Shown here one piece after another: positions 9,440 to 18,210 of a DNA stretch of 64,000 nucleotides. The stretch covers positions 336 to 64,335 of the forward strand of contig VMGD01000003.1 in NCBI GenBank assembly GCA_007376405.1, in the 5' to 3' direction. A model generated the notes under the pieces. That model saw nothing but the letters and a program-made list of their open reading frames with translations. It ran no database searches and was not told where the DNA came from. Numbering within the stretch: position 1 is the stretch's first letter; each line of letters begins with the position of its first letter. The DNA comes from Microgenomates group bacterium Gr01-1014_7. Lineage in GTDB: Bacteria > Patescibacteriota > Microgenomatia > Daviesbacterales > UBA10151. The position numbers and the translations under genes are program-made.

Positions 9440-9468
9440 TTGACAATGTAATACAAATGTAATACAAT
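9440..9468 (+). promoter_or_regulatory. Promoter/operator of TA cassette
   Basis: TTGACA-17-TACAAT with direct repeat TGTAATACAA x2. Confidence 0.6.
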
Positions 9469-9747
9469 ATGACTAGAATTAAGATTAACCAGTTGGTTTG
9501 GGATGAGTGGAATATTGAGCATATAAGAAAACATGATGTTACAAAAGATGAGGTTGAGGTAGTAGCTAAAAATATAGTAACTCATAAAAAAGCTAAAAAG
9601 GGGAGATATTTAATTATGGGAAGAGTAAGTTCAAGAATTTTGTCGGTAGCGATTAGTAGAAAAGGAATAGGAGTGTATTATCCGGTAATGGCAAGAGATT
9701 CAGCTAAAAAAGAAAGGAGAATAGTTTATGAAAAAGAAAAAATTTAA
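9469..9747 (+). CDS. BrnT-like toxin
   Basis: WDEWNIEHIRKHDV..EVE, C-terminal AR..KKER. Confidence 0.75.
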   Translation: MTRIKINQLVWDEWNIEHIRKHDVTKDEVEVVAKNIVTHKKAKKGRYLIMGRVSSRILSVAISRKGIGVYYPVMARDSAKKERRIVYEKEKI

Positions 9748-10006
9748 ATTCCCTGATTTTAATAAAATGACTTATGGAGAAGAAGCAAATTGGTGGGATA
9801 CCCATGATTGGGGAGAATTCTGGAATGAATTGGAAGATGTAGATATTGTGGTTGATCTTCATAAACCAAAAGAAGAAACTTTAATTTTAAGACTGCAAAA
9901 AAATTTAAAAGATAGGTTAACGGCAATTGCCCGCTCTAAAGGGTTAAATGTTTCAAGTTTAGCCAGAATGTGGTTAATGGAAAAACTGCAAGCCAGCAGA
10001 ACATAA
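9728..10006 (+). CDS. BrnA/CopG-like antitoxin
   Basis: EEANWWDTHD and C-terminal RHH (LILRL...SSLARMWL). Confidence 0.75.
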   Translation: MKKKKFKFPDFNKMTYGEEANWWDTHDWGEFWNELEDVDIVVDLHKPKEETLILRLQKNLKDRLTAIARSKGLNVSSLARMWLMEKLQASRT

Positions 10007-10007
10007 C

Positions 10008-11180
10008 ATGCTTCTATATGAATTTGAGGGGAAACAACTATTTAAAAATTGCGGGATCAATGTTCCTGCATCACAACTTTTAGAATCTCCTGATGAGGAA
10101 ATTGTCATCAAGCCTCCTTTGGTTTTAAAAGCTCAAGTTTTATCAGGCAAAAGGGCGCAAGCAGGAGGTATTGTTTTTGATCAAAACGCCAATCTTTTTG
10201 GAAAGGTTATCAATGGAGAGAAGGTAGAAAAGGTTTTAGTGGAAGAGAGAATAGAGATAACAAGAGAGTATTATCTTTCGTTTTCATATAGTACAGAAAC
10301 CAGAGGGCCGGTAATGACTTTTGGTCAAGGTGGAAGTGGAGTAGAAGAAAAGAGAGTAAAAAGTTTTCCAATTGACACGGCTCACCCCGAAGGAGTCAAA
10401 GCCCTGCCCGCTCGCAAGCTCGCGTTGCAGGCGGGCCACCTTCGGGGTGTTGGCTTGCCGGAGCAATTAGTGGAAACTGGTAAACAACTTTGGGAAGTGT
10501 TCATAAAATATGATTGTGAGCTGGCTGAAATAAATCCTTTGGTAGTGGACAAGAATGGTAAAGTTTGGGCGCTGGACAGTAAAGTAATTCTGGATGATGA
10601 TGGTGACTTTAGAAGGGAAATAAAATTTCCGGAAAGAAATCTGTTTGGAAGACCTCCGACTGAAAATGAAATTGAGGCAAGGATTATAGATGAAGGAGAT
10701 CACAGGGGCACAGCAGGTTCTGTTTACTGGGACCTGGATGGAGATATAGCAGTGATTGCCGCAGGGGGCGGGGGTTCAATTGTTAATATGGATGCTCTTT
10801 TGGCTTTTGGAGGTAAACCTGCCAATTATACTGAGCATTCAGGGAATCCTCCCAGGGAAAAGCTCGAAAAACTCACCAAAATAGTTTTATCAAAACCCGA
10901 TTTAAAGGGGTGCTGGTTTGTAGGGGGTACTGCCAATTTTACAGATATTTATGAAACTTTAATGGGATTTGTGGAGGGCTTAAGGGAAATTAAACCCAAA
11001 CCCATTTATCCGATTGTGATCCGTCGGGGTGGGCCAAGAGATAAAGAAGCCTTTGCAGCGTTAAAAGAAATTGGCAAAAAAGAAGGCTTTAATTTTTATA
11101 TCTATGGAAGGGAAACTCCCATGACATCTACAGCCAAGATTATGATGGAGTTAGCATATGGCAATATTAGTAAACGATAA
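10008..11180 (+). CDS. ATP-grasp subunit of ATP-citrate lyase / citryl-CoA synthetase (SucC-like with citrate-binding domain)
   Basis: LYEFEGK, AEINPL, AGGGGS, ANYTEHSGNP, GGTANFTD, IRRGGP. Confidence 0.8.
   Translation: MLLYEFEGKQLFKNCGINVPASQLLESPDEEIVIKPPLVLKAQVLSGKRAQAGGIVFDQNANLFGKVINGEKVEKVLVEERIEITREYYLSFSYSTETRGPVMTFGQGGSGVEEKRVKSFPIDTAHPEGVKALPARKLALQAGHLRGVGLPEQLVETGKQLWEVFIKYDCELAEINPLVVDKNGKVWALDSKVILDDDGDFRREIKFPERNLFGRPPTENEIEARIIDEGDHRGTAGSVYWDLDGDIAVIAAGGGGSIVNMDALLAFGGKPANYTEHSGNPPREKLEKLTKIVLSKPDLKGCWFVGGTANFTDIYETLMGFVEGLREIKPKPIYPIVIRRGGPRDKEAFAALKEIGKKEGFNFYIYGRETPMTSTAKIMMELAYGNISKR
10383..10449. repeat. In-frame palindromic insertion in the ACL ATP-grasp subunit
   Basis: CACCCCGAAGG ... 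CCTTCGGGGTG perfect 11-bp inverted repeat enclosing a CCTGCCCGC..GCAGGCGGG element. Confidence 0.8.
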
Positions 11181-12051
11181 AACACGGGTATTAATTCAGG
11201 GCATAACCGGCAAAGAAGGTTCCAAAGTATGCCTGCAAATGAAAAACTATGCTACCCGGGTTTTGGCCGGGGTTACTCCCGGAAAGGGCGGGCAGGAAGT
11301 GCACGGAGTGCCGGTTTATAATACGGTTGCCCAGGCGCTGGAAAATCACCCGGGAATAAATACCTCTTTGATTTCTGTTCCTAATTTTGCTAGTTTCGGG
11401 GCAATGAAGGAGGCAATAGAGAGCAAGATTGCTCTTATAAATGTTTTCACCGAACATGTGCCAATTGCAGATACTGCCAAGGCTATCGCTTTAGCTAAAC
11501 AAAATGGGGTCAGGATTGTAGGCCCCTCGTCCATGGGTATTATTTCTCCTGGGATAGGGAAAGTAGGGCAAATAGGCGGGGAAGATCCCAGGGGAATTTT
11601 TTTGAGAGGCAGTGTGGGGGTTATTTCCAAATCCGGGGGTATGGCCTCGGAAGTGTCCTGGATTTTAACCAAAAATGGCATTGGGCAATCAACTGTGGTG
11701 GGAATAGGGGGGGATGTGCTGGTGGGCTCAAGCTTTGCGGATTTAATGGAGGAGTTTGAGAAGGACGAGCAAACAAAAGCAGTAATTATTTTTGGAGAAA
11801 TAGGAGGGACTTATGAAGAAGAAGCAGCGGATTTTATTAAAAGTGGAAAGTTTACAAAGAAAGTTGTAGCATTTATATCGGGGCTGTTTGCCCAGACTCT
11901 GCCACAGGGGACAAAACTGGGCCATGCAGGAGCAATAGTTTACGGGGAAAAAGGCAGCTATAAATCAAAAATTGAAAGTTTAAAAGAAGCAGGAGTAACA
12001 ATAGCCAAAACTCCGGATGAAATACCCAGCCTGTTAAAATTTCCCTCTTGA
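11158..12051 (+). CDS. CoA-binding SucD-like subunit (citryl-/succinyl-CoA synthetase alpha)
   Basis: IQGITGKEG, GVTPGKGG, SKSGG, GEIGG, phospho-His motif LGHAGA. Confidence 0.9.
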   Translation: MAILVNDKTRVLIQGITGKEGSKVCLQMKNYATRVLAGVTPGKGGQEVHGVPVYNTVAQALENHPGINTSLISVPNFASFGAMKEAIESKIALINVFTEHVPIADTAKAIALAKQNGVRIVGPSSMGIISPGIGKVGQIGGEDPRGIFLRGSVGVISKSGGMASEVSWILTKNGIGQSTVVGIGGDVLVGSSFADLMEEFEKDEQTKAVIIFGEIGGTYEEEAADFIKSGKFTKKVVAFISGLFAQTLPQGTKLGHAGAIVYGEKGSYKSKIESLKEAGVTIAKTPDEIPSLLKFPS

Positions 12052-12082
12052 CAAATATATACAATTTGCATACAGTTTATGT

Positions 12083-12868
12083 ATGAAGGCTCAATCACAA
12101 ACTTTTAACGTAGCCCTGCCTGAAGATTTAGTGAAGAAAGCTGATAAAGTTGCAAAGAAAGAATACAGGAATAGAAGTGAACTTATAAGAGAAGCGCTCC
12201 GTAACTATCTACAAGAATCTGTTTCTAAAACAATAGGTATGTTCTTGCCCAGGAGAACAGAGATTTTTAGTGCGCTTATTGACCAATCTTTAATTTTAAA
12301 AGAAGCTGCGAAAGTTTTTAAAGAGGCTGTTAGTGATTGGAAAAAACTTGATGCAAGTTGTTTCAGGTTAAAACAATTAGAACATGAAGCTGATAACATC
12401 GTACATACCCTGACAAATGAGATTGAAAAAACATTTATGCTTTCTTTAGATAAAGAAGACATTAAAGATTTGGCAGAATCTGTAGATGATGTAATGGATG
12501 AAATTGAACAAGTTGCCAATAGGCTAAAAATCTACAAAGTCCCTAAAGGAAATATACAAATTAAGGAGTTCGCCAATCTTATTGTAAAAATGATCGATCA
12601 GCTAAATGAAGGAATGAGGCTCCTGAAAAGAAATAAATTATCCTCAAGAGAATTTGCAACCTGTTGTTTAGCTATTCATGAAATAGAATCAGCAGGGGAT
12701 GATCTTCACAGACAAGTGCTTTCTGAAATGATAGGCAAGAGATCGCTAAACAAAGACATTCTCTCAATGATTATATGGAAAGAAATTTTTCAAAGCCTGG
12801 AAGATACTCTGGATAAATGTGAGGATATTGCCATAATTTTTGACCGGTTAAAACTCAAATATAGATAA
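12083..12868 (+). CDS. RHH (CopG-like) domain fused to DUF47/PhoU-like phosphate transport regulator
   Basis: N-terminal FNVALPEDL..NRSELIREAL; then LEHEAD, IESAGD, EDTLDKCED. Confidence 0.8.
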   Translation: MKAQSQTFNVALPEDLVKKADKVAKKEYRNRSELIREALRNYLQESVSKTIGMFLPRRTEIFSALIDQSLILKEAAKVFKEAVSDWKKLDASCFRLKQLEHEADNIVHTLTNEIEKTFMLSLDKEDIKDLAESVDDVMDEIEQVANRLKIYKVPKGNIQIKEFANLIVKMIDQLNEGMRLLKRNKLSSREFATCCLAIHEIESAGDDLHRQVLSEMIGKRSLNKDILSMIIWKEIFQSLEDTLDKCEDIAIIFDRLKLKYR

Positions 12869-13861
12869 ATGGAAGCAACGCTTGCGCTTTTAATCCTCGT
12901 CATCATCCTCTCATATATATACGCATTTGTGGGTGGATTTACAGACGCAGCAAATGCAATTGCCACCTCTATTGGCACAAGAGCTTTAAGTCCTGTTACT
13001 GCTGTTTTAATGGCAGGTTTTTTGGAACTGGCAGGTGCTTTAACAGGTACAGCTGTTGCTTTAACCATTGGCAAGGGGATTGTATCTTTAGAGCTTATAA
13101 CACTGGCTACTGTTGTTGCAGCACTCCTTGCAACGATGTGTTGGAGTCTTTTTACCTACTACTTTGGTATTCCTGTAAGTGAAACCCATGGTTTAATTGG
13201 AGGAGTACTTGGAGCCGCGCTTGCTACAGCTGGTACTAAAGCTGTGTTGTGGGATGGGTTAAACAAAGTTCTAATCGCAATAGTTGCATCACCCCTGCTG
13301 GGTTTTTTAGGAGGAGCAATTTTTATTAGTATTATCTATTTTTTCTTCCACAAAGGTTCAAATAAAAAAATGAACGGAATTTTTACAAACCTTCAGCGTT
13401 TATCTGCTGCATTTATGGCTTTTAGTCATGGAAGAAACGATGCTCAAAAACCCATGGGAGTTTTAGTAATGGCCCTTGCCCTATATTTTGGCTGGAAAGA
13501 TCCGCAAGTGCCTCTTTGGGTTATTCTAAGTGTAGGTTTAACAGCAGGCTTAGGGGTAGCTTATGGAGGTTGGAGAATTATTAGGACTCTGGGAACAAAG
13601 ATCACCCCCCTTACTACCGCACAAGGATTTTCTGCTGAGACTTCTGCTGCTTTAGTTTTACAGCTTGCATCACAATTTGGAATACCAGTTTCTACAACTC
13701 ATACCATAACCTCTGCAATTGTAGGGGCTGGTGCAGCCAGGAGGGTTTCAAGTGTTAGATGGGGAATTGTGCAAGATATTGTCCTTTCCTGGGTATTTAC
13801 ATTACCAGTAACAATTATTCTAGGATGGATTTTTGCTTCAGTTTTTCAATTTCTTTTTTAA
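12869..13861 (+). CDS. pit: PiT-family inorganic phosphate transporter
   Basis: GFTDAANAIAT, HGRNDAQK, PVSTTH. Confidence 0.92.
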   Translation: MEATLALLILVIILSYIYAFVGGFTDAANAIATSIGTRALSPVTAVLMAGFLELAGALTGTAVALTIGKGIVSLELITLATVVAALLATMCWSLFTYYFGIPVSETHGLIGGVLGAALATAGTKAVLWDGLNKVLIAIVASPLLGFLGGAIFISIIYFFFHKGSNKKMNGIFTNLQRLSAAFMAFSHGRNDAQKPMGVLVMALALYFGWKDPQVPLWVILSVGLTAGLGVAYGGWRIIRTLGTKITPLTTAQGFSAETSAALVLQLASQFGIPVSTTHTITSAIVGAGAARRVSSVRWGIVQDIVLSWVFTLPVTIILGWIFASVFQFLF

Positions 13862-13924
13862 GTTTATTTTGTTAAAACCCCGGATGAATACAGGAATTAT
13901 TAAAGGTGGTATAATATATCTATC

Positions 13925-14158
13925 ATGAAAGTATCTCAAGATTCCAAAAGATTAGAACAACTTTCCGATAAACTATATAAAAAATATGGCAAGCCCTTAG
14001 AAGGAGAACACTGGGGTGAGTTTTTGGCTGTCTCTCAAAAAGGCAAAACAATTTTAGGTGAGACTCTTTTAGAAGTTGCTCAAAAAGCTTCTAGTATTCT
14101 TGGCCTTGGGAATTTTATCTTTAAGGTGGGGGAAAAAGCTGTTGGTAAATGGCGGTAA
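13925..14158 (+). CDS. Small DUF5678-like protein, partner of an aspartyl protease
   Basis: EHWGEFLAVS..G pattern; tightly linked to the next gene. Confidence 0.55.
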   Translation: MKVSQDSKRLEQLSDKLYKKYGKPLEGEHWGEFLAVSQKGKTILGETLLEVAQKASSILGLGNFIFKVGEKAVGKWR

Positions 14159-14161
14159 GTT

Positions 14162-14509
14162 ATGAATTTAATAAGTTCCCGGTTTCCTTATGTCCGGGTA
14201 ACGCTTCAAGTTTTGCAAAGAAATCTAAAAGTAGAGGTTTTATTAGATACTGGTTTTGATGGGGATATAACAGTACCACCAGAAATGATTCTAAATGGAA
14301 AACCTCCTCAGGGTTATCTTCCTTGGACTTTGGCTAACGGAGAAGAAGTAAATGCTCCTTATTTTCTGGGAAAGATAAGGATAGGGAAATTTGAACCTAT
14401 TAGTGTTTTAATTACAGCTTTAGGTGATGAGCCACTTGTCGGGAGGGGAGTAACCGATAGATTTAAAGTTATCTTTGATCATGGAAGAAAGGTTATTGTA
14501 GAGCTATAA
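14162..14509 (+). CDS. Clan AA (retropepsin-like) aspartyl protease
   Basis: LLDTGF catalytic motif, LANG, PLVGR. Confidence 0.8.
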   Translation: MNLISSRFPYVRVTLQVLQRNLKVEVLLDTGFDGDITVPPEMILNGKPPQGYLPWTLANGEEVNAPYFLGKIRIGKFEPISVLITALGDEPLVGRGVTDRFKVIFDHGRKVIVEL

Positions 14510-14517
14510 TTGATTTT

Positions 14518-15282
14518 ATGGATAAGAAATGGAAAACTAGTATAGCCGGGATAATTGACCTGCCTGCCGGCAGGCAAGGTGGGGAGGCCCATATTCACGG
14601 GTATAAAGTGACGGACCTGATTGAAAAAGTTAATTTTACTTCGGCCATCTGGCTTGAATTAAAAGGGGAGCTGCCAACGGAAAAAGAAAGAGCCATGCTG
14701 GATAGCATATTAATTTCAACTATAGACAATGGTTTAGGCCCGCCCTCCATAACCAATGCCCGCAATTCCGCCTCAAGCGGAAACCCCATGCAGGCTGCGG
14801 TTGCTGCAGGAGTTTTAGGGGTAGGGGATTCCCATGGGGGTGCTATTGAAGAATGTGCCAGATTGCTGCAGATGGGGATATCTGCGGAAAAGCTGGTAGA
14901 AAAAGTTATTTCTTCAGGAGAAAGGATTCCGGGATATGGCCACAAAGTCTATACGGAGGATCCAAGAGCCAAGCAAATTTTCGAGAAGGCTAAAAGTTTA
15001 GGGTTTTATGGAGAGCACTGTGAACTGGCAGTAGCAGTGGAAAAAATTCTGGAAGAAAAAAAGGGTAAGAAAATCCCCATTAATGTGGACGGGGCAATAG
15101 CGGCTGTTATATCTGACATGGGGTTTGATTACAGGCTGGGAAAAGGGTTTTTTATCATTGGCAGGGTGGTTGGGCTTGTTGCCCATATATATGAGGAATG
15201 GGTGCGCGAAAAGCCATTTAGAAGAATTCCGGACGGCGAAATTGAATATGACGGCACACCTCCCAGGAAACTACCCTCTTGA
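14518..15282 (+). CDS. Citryl-CoA lyase (citrate synthase-like)
   Basis: 254 aa; HGGA, IPGYGH, PINVDG; completes the ACL-type trio. Confidence 0.8.
   Translation: MDKKWKTSIAGIIDLPAGRQGGEAHIHGYKVTDLIEKVNFTSAIWLELKGELPTEKERAMLDSILISTIDNGLGPPSITNARNSASSGNPMQAAVAAGVLGVGDSHGGAIEECARLLQMGISAEKLVEKVISSGERIPGYGHKVYTEDPRAKQIFEKAKSLGFYGEHCELAVAVEKILEEKKGKKIPINVDGAIAAVISDMGFDYRLGKGFFIIGRVVGLVAHIYEEWVREKPFRRIPDGEIEYDGTPPRKLPS
14559..14579. repeat. Palindrome TGCCTGCCGGCAGGCA inside citryl-CoA lyase (LPAGRQ)
   Basis: Perfect 16-bp palindrome at 14561-14576. Confidence 0.85.
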
Positions 15283-15349
15283 CAGGGAGGCACTGCTATT
15301 AGATGATAAAGCTATAAACAGCCAATTTTGGTTGTTTTTTAATTTTTTT

Positions 15350-15640
15350 ATGGCTAACCCTGAAATAAATATTAAACCAAAACATCTGGCGGAAGGAAGA
15401 GCCTTAGTTGCTCAACACATTTTAGATGGTAAAGTAATAGAGGAAAGAGCTATTTATAAGATTCTTGGTAGACGTTTAGTTGAAGGTCAAGAACCTGACT
15501 TGTTGCTTCAAGCTCAAGGAGGACAGGTAATACAATTTCCGGAGAGTGAAGTGTTAAGAGGTGGCAATTATTGGATGCGCATTACGGGGATTTTATCCAG
15601 AGAAGAAGTTGCGGGTATCTTTTTTGCTCCCATAAAATAA
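15350..15640 (+). CDS. Hypothetical protein
   Basis: ATG 15350 (MANPEINIKPK...) in the frame of the track ORF; preceded by TTGACA and a hairpin. Confidence 0.5.
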   Translation: MANPEINIKPKHLAEGRALVAQHILDGKVIEERAIYKILGRRLVEGQEPDLLLQAQGGQVIQFPESEVLRGGNYWMRITGILSREEVAGIFFAPIK

Positions 15641-15644
15641 CCCC

Positions 15645-15678
15645 TTGACAAGATACTACTGTACTAGTATAATAGTAT
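15645..15678 (+). promoter_or_regulatory. trpR promoter with overlapping TrpR operator
   Basis: TTGACA-17-TATAAT; GTACTAGTATAATAGTAT (15661-15678) resembles the TrpR box GTACTAGTTAACTAGTAC. Confidence 0.7.
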
Positions 15679-15681
15679 GTT

Positions 15682-15939
15682 ATGTTTGGAAATAATCCGT
15701 TAAATGAGTTAATTGATTTATTGCTAGACATTAAAGACAAAGAATATATGAAAGATTTTCTTTTGGGGATTTTAACTCCAAAAGAACTGGAAGAAATACC
15801 TACCAGGCTTCAGATAGTTAAGATGTTGAAGCAGGGAATATCTCAGCATAAAGTTGCAGAAGATTTAAAAGTAGGTATAGCAACAGTAACCCGCGGTTCA
15901 AAAGAGCTGCAGAAAGGTAGATTTAAAGTGGTACGCTAG
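15682..15939 (+). CDS. trpR: Trp repressor (TrpR/YerC family)
   Basis: LTPKE..RLQIV and GIATVTRGS HTH; directly upstream of trpE/trpG. Confidence 0.85.
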   Translation: MFGNNPLNELIDLLLDIKDKEYMKDFLLGILTPKELEEIPTRLQIVKMLKQGISQHKVAEDLKVGIATVTRGSKELQKGRFKVVR

Positions 15940-15974
15940 TACCATCCCGAACTTGTTTCGGGATCTATAAAAAT

Positions 15975-16052
15975 ATGGAAAGAATAGATACACATACAAA
16001 TGAAGGACCCCCTGGTTCCTCTTCTGAGGGACAGGGGTTAGTTTGGCTCTAA
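15975..16052 (+). other. 25-codon leader ORF with a single Trp codon, overlapping the trpE frame (+1)
   Basis: MERIDTHTNEGPPGSSSEGQGLVWL*; the trpE frame opens at 16042. Confidence 0.5.
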
Positions 16053-17559
16053 ATACTCATTAACTCTAGATCAAGTTAGAGATATTGCTCCAGGAGGCTC
16101 AATTATTCCAATCTTTCGGACCATGGCGGCCAATTTTTATACCCCGGCTGGTGTATATCTTGGTTTGGTAAGTGTCGAATCTGCAGAAAATGATCCAAAA
16201 CAGCCATCATTTCTGCTGGAAAGTATTGAAAGAGGGGATAGTTTAGGTAGGTATAGTTATATTGGTGTAGGGCCCAAAGCAGGAGTAGTTCTTAGGGATG
16301 GAGAAATCTCCCATCATAACAGAGATGGTACAGTATCCCGTCTTAGTAATGCATCAAAAGATCCTTTAGCTGTGATTCGAGAAGAGGTATCAAGACCAAC
16401 TGTAAAAATCCCCCGGTTATCTCCCTTTACAGGAGGTTATGTGGGATACCTTGGGTATGAAATGATAAGTATCTTTGAACCAAAGGTTTCTGTTTCTAAC
16501 CCAGATGTATTAGGGGTTCCAGATGCAATGTTATTTAATTATGATCATATAATTGCATTTGACCATGCCCGTAATGAAATTAATGTGATTGGTAACATTC
16601 ATGTCAATGGTGATTTGGAAGAGCAATATCAGCAAACCACTGCCGCTATTGATCAGATTATAGACAGGATTAAGTCCCGACCCCCAATGATAATGCGGGA
16701 GCAAGAAATTGAACTTGAGCATCAATCAGCCCAATCTAATTTTGAGCATTCTAAATATTTAGAAGCAGTAGAAAAAGCCAGGGAATATGTTAGCGCCGGA
16801 GATGTAATTCAAGTTGTAATTTCGCAAAGATTTGCCAGGAAAACAGAGGCTGATCCATTTTCACTATACTGCGCATTAAGAATGATCAATCCTTCTCCTT
16901 TTATGACCTACCTTGATTATGGAGATTTCCAGATTATTGGTGCGTCTCCAGAATTATTACTTAGGGTTAACGAAGGAACGGTTACTACAAATCCGATTGC
17001 CGGCACCAGGCCGGTGGTCACTGCAGAAGAGGAAAACAAAAGATTGGAAGAGGAACTTAGTAATAATGAAAAAGAAAAAGCAGAACATCGTATGTTAGTT
17101 GATTTAGGCAGAAATGATGTAGGTAGGGTTTCGGCTCCGGGAACTGTGAGAGTGCCTGAACTGATGAAAATCAAGCGATTTTCTCATGTAATGCATATAG
17201 CTTCTGAAGTTCAAGGACAGCTTGCAGATCAATATTTCTCATTAGATGCTTTGCGCAGCACATTCCCGGCAGGCACTTTAAGTGGAGCACCAAAAATAAG
17301 AGCAATGCAAATAATAGATGAGCTTGAACCAGAAAAAAGAGGTCCTTATGGAGGAGTGATGGGATATATTGCTTACAACGGAAACGTCGAAATGGCAATT
17401 ACTATTCGGACCATGGTGTATAAAGACGGAATTGCGTATGTTCAAGCTGGGGGAGGAATCGTTTATGACAGTGTACCAGAAGAAGAATTTATAGAAACAA
17501 TTAATAAAGCAAAAGCATCGATGCGGGCTATTGATGTAGCAGAAGAGGAGTATGTATGA
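16042..17559 (+). CDS. trpE: Anthranilate synthase component I (TrpE-like N-terminus extends upstream of the first ATG at 16123)
   Basis: FLLES, GRYS, NPSP, PIAGT, EHRMLVDLGRND, PAGTLSGAPK; 16042-16122 encodes YSLTLDQVRDIAPGGSIIPIFRT. Confidence 0.9.
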   Translation, partial: FGSKYSLTLDQVRDIAPGGSIIPIFRTMAANFYTPAGVYLGLVSVESAENDPKQPSFLLESIERGDSLGRYSYIGVGPKAGVVLRDGEISHHNRDGTVSRLSNASKDPLAVIREEVSRPTVKIPRLSPFTGGYVGYLGYEMISIFEPKVSVSNPDVLGVPDAMLFNYDHIIAFDHARNEINVIGNIHVNGDLEEQYQQTTAAIDQIIDRIKSRPPMIMREQEIELEHQSAQSNFEHSKYLEAVEKAREYVSAGDVIQVVISQRFARKTEADPFSLYCALRMINPSPFMTYLDYGDFQIIGASPELLLRVNEGTVTTNPIAGTRPVVTAEEENKRLEEELSNNEKEKAEHRMLVDLGRNDVGRVSAPGTVRVPELMKIKRFSHVMHIASEVQGQLADQYFSLDALRSTFPAGTLSGAPKIRAMQIIDELEPEKRGPYGGVMGYIAYNGNVEMAITIRTMVYKDGIAYVQAGGGIVYDSVPEEEFIETINKAKASMRAIDVAEEEYV

Positions 17560-18200
17560 GCGCAGAAAGACAGGAAGGAGCTCCTAGAGTGCTTTTAGTT
17601 GATAATTACGATAGCTTTACTTATAACCTTTCTCAGTACCTTGCGGAATTAGGGGCAGAAGTTGAAGTGTATCGTAATGACAGAATAACTCTTGATGAGA
17701 TTGAGGAGATGAATCCAGACAAAATTGTTTTATCACCTGGGCCCTGTTCTCCTAAAGAAGCAGGGATATCAGTGGATGTGGTTAAGCGGTTTGGGGAGAG
17801 AATACCTCTTTTGGGAGTTTGTTTGGGGCATCAGTGTATTGGTGAAGCCTATGGCGCAGTAGTAGACAGAGCAGGAGAGATTGTGCATGGTAAAACCAGC
17901 ATGATTAGGCATAAAGATGTAGGAATTTTTGCTGGATTACCTAACCCATTTAAAGCAATCCGTTATCATTCACTGGTAATTTTGCCTGAAACTGTTCCCA
18001 GCGAACTAGAAATAACCGCAACTACTGCTAATAAGTTAGTAATGGGTATTAGACATAGAGAATATCCAATTCAGGGAGTCCAATTTCATCCTGAATCTAT
18101 TTTTACACCTCAAGGAAAAAGACTGTTGAGGAATTTTCTAAGACCAGGGTATCGGGATGAAGAAAGGCGCCAGCATTATTTCGGGCTGGGGTACCTTTAG
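17556..18200 (+). CDS. trpG: Anthranilate synthase component II (glutamine amidotransferase)
   Basis: DNYDSFT, SPGP, GVCLGHQ, RYHSL, QFHPES. Confidence 0.92.
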   Translation: MSAERQEGAPRVLLVDNYDSFTYNLSQYLAELGAEVEVYRNDRITLDEIEEMNPDKIVLSPGPCSPKEAGISVDVVKRFGERIPLLGVCLGHQCIGEAYGAVVDRAGEIVHGKTSMIRHKDVGIFAGLPNPFKAIRYHSLVILPETVPSELEITATTANKLVMGIRHREYPIQGVQFHPESIFTPQGKRLLRNFLRPGYRDEERRQHYFGLGYL

Positions 18201-18210
18201 GAGCTAACAT

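Noticed and set aside
10008-12051. Plain succinyl-CoA synthetase (sucCD) call
   Set aside because: The large subunit has ACL-type citrate-binding motifs and a citryl-CoA lyase-like gene follows
15316-15340. Hairpin AAACAGCCA-ATTT-TGGTTGTTT as an attenuator or riboswitch
   Set aside because: Equally consistent with an ordinary terminator for the lyase gene; no aptamer recognised
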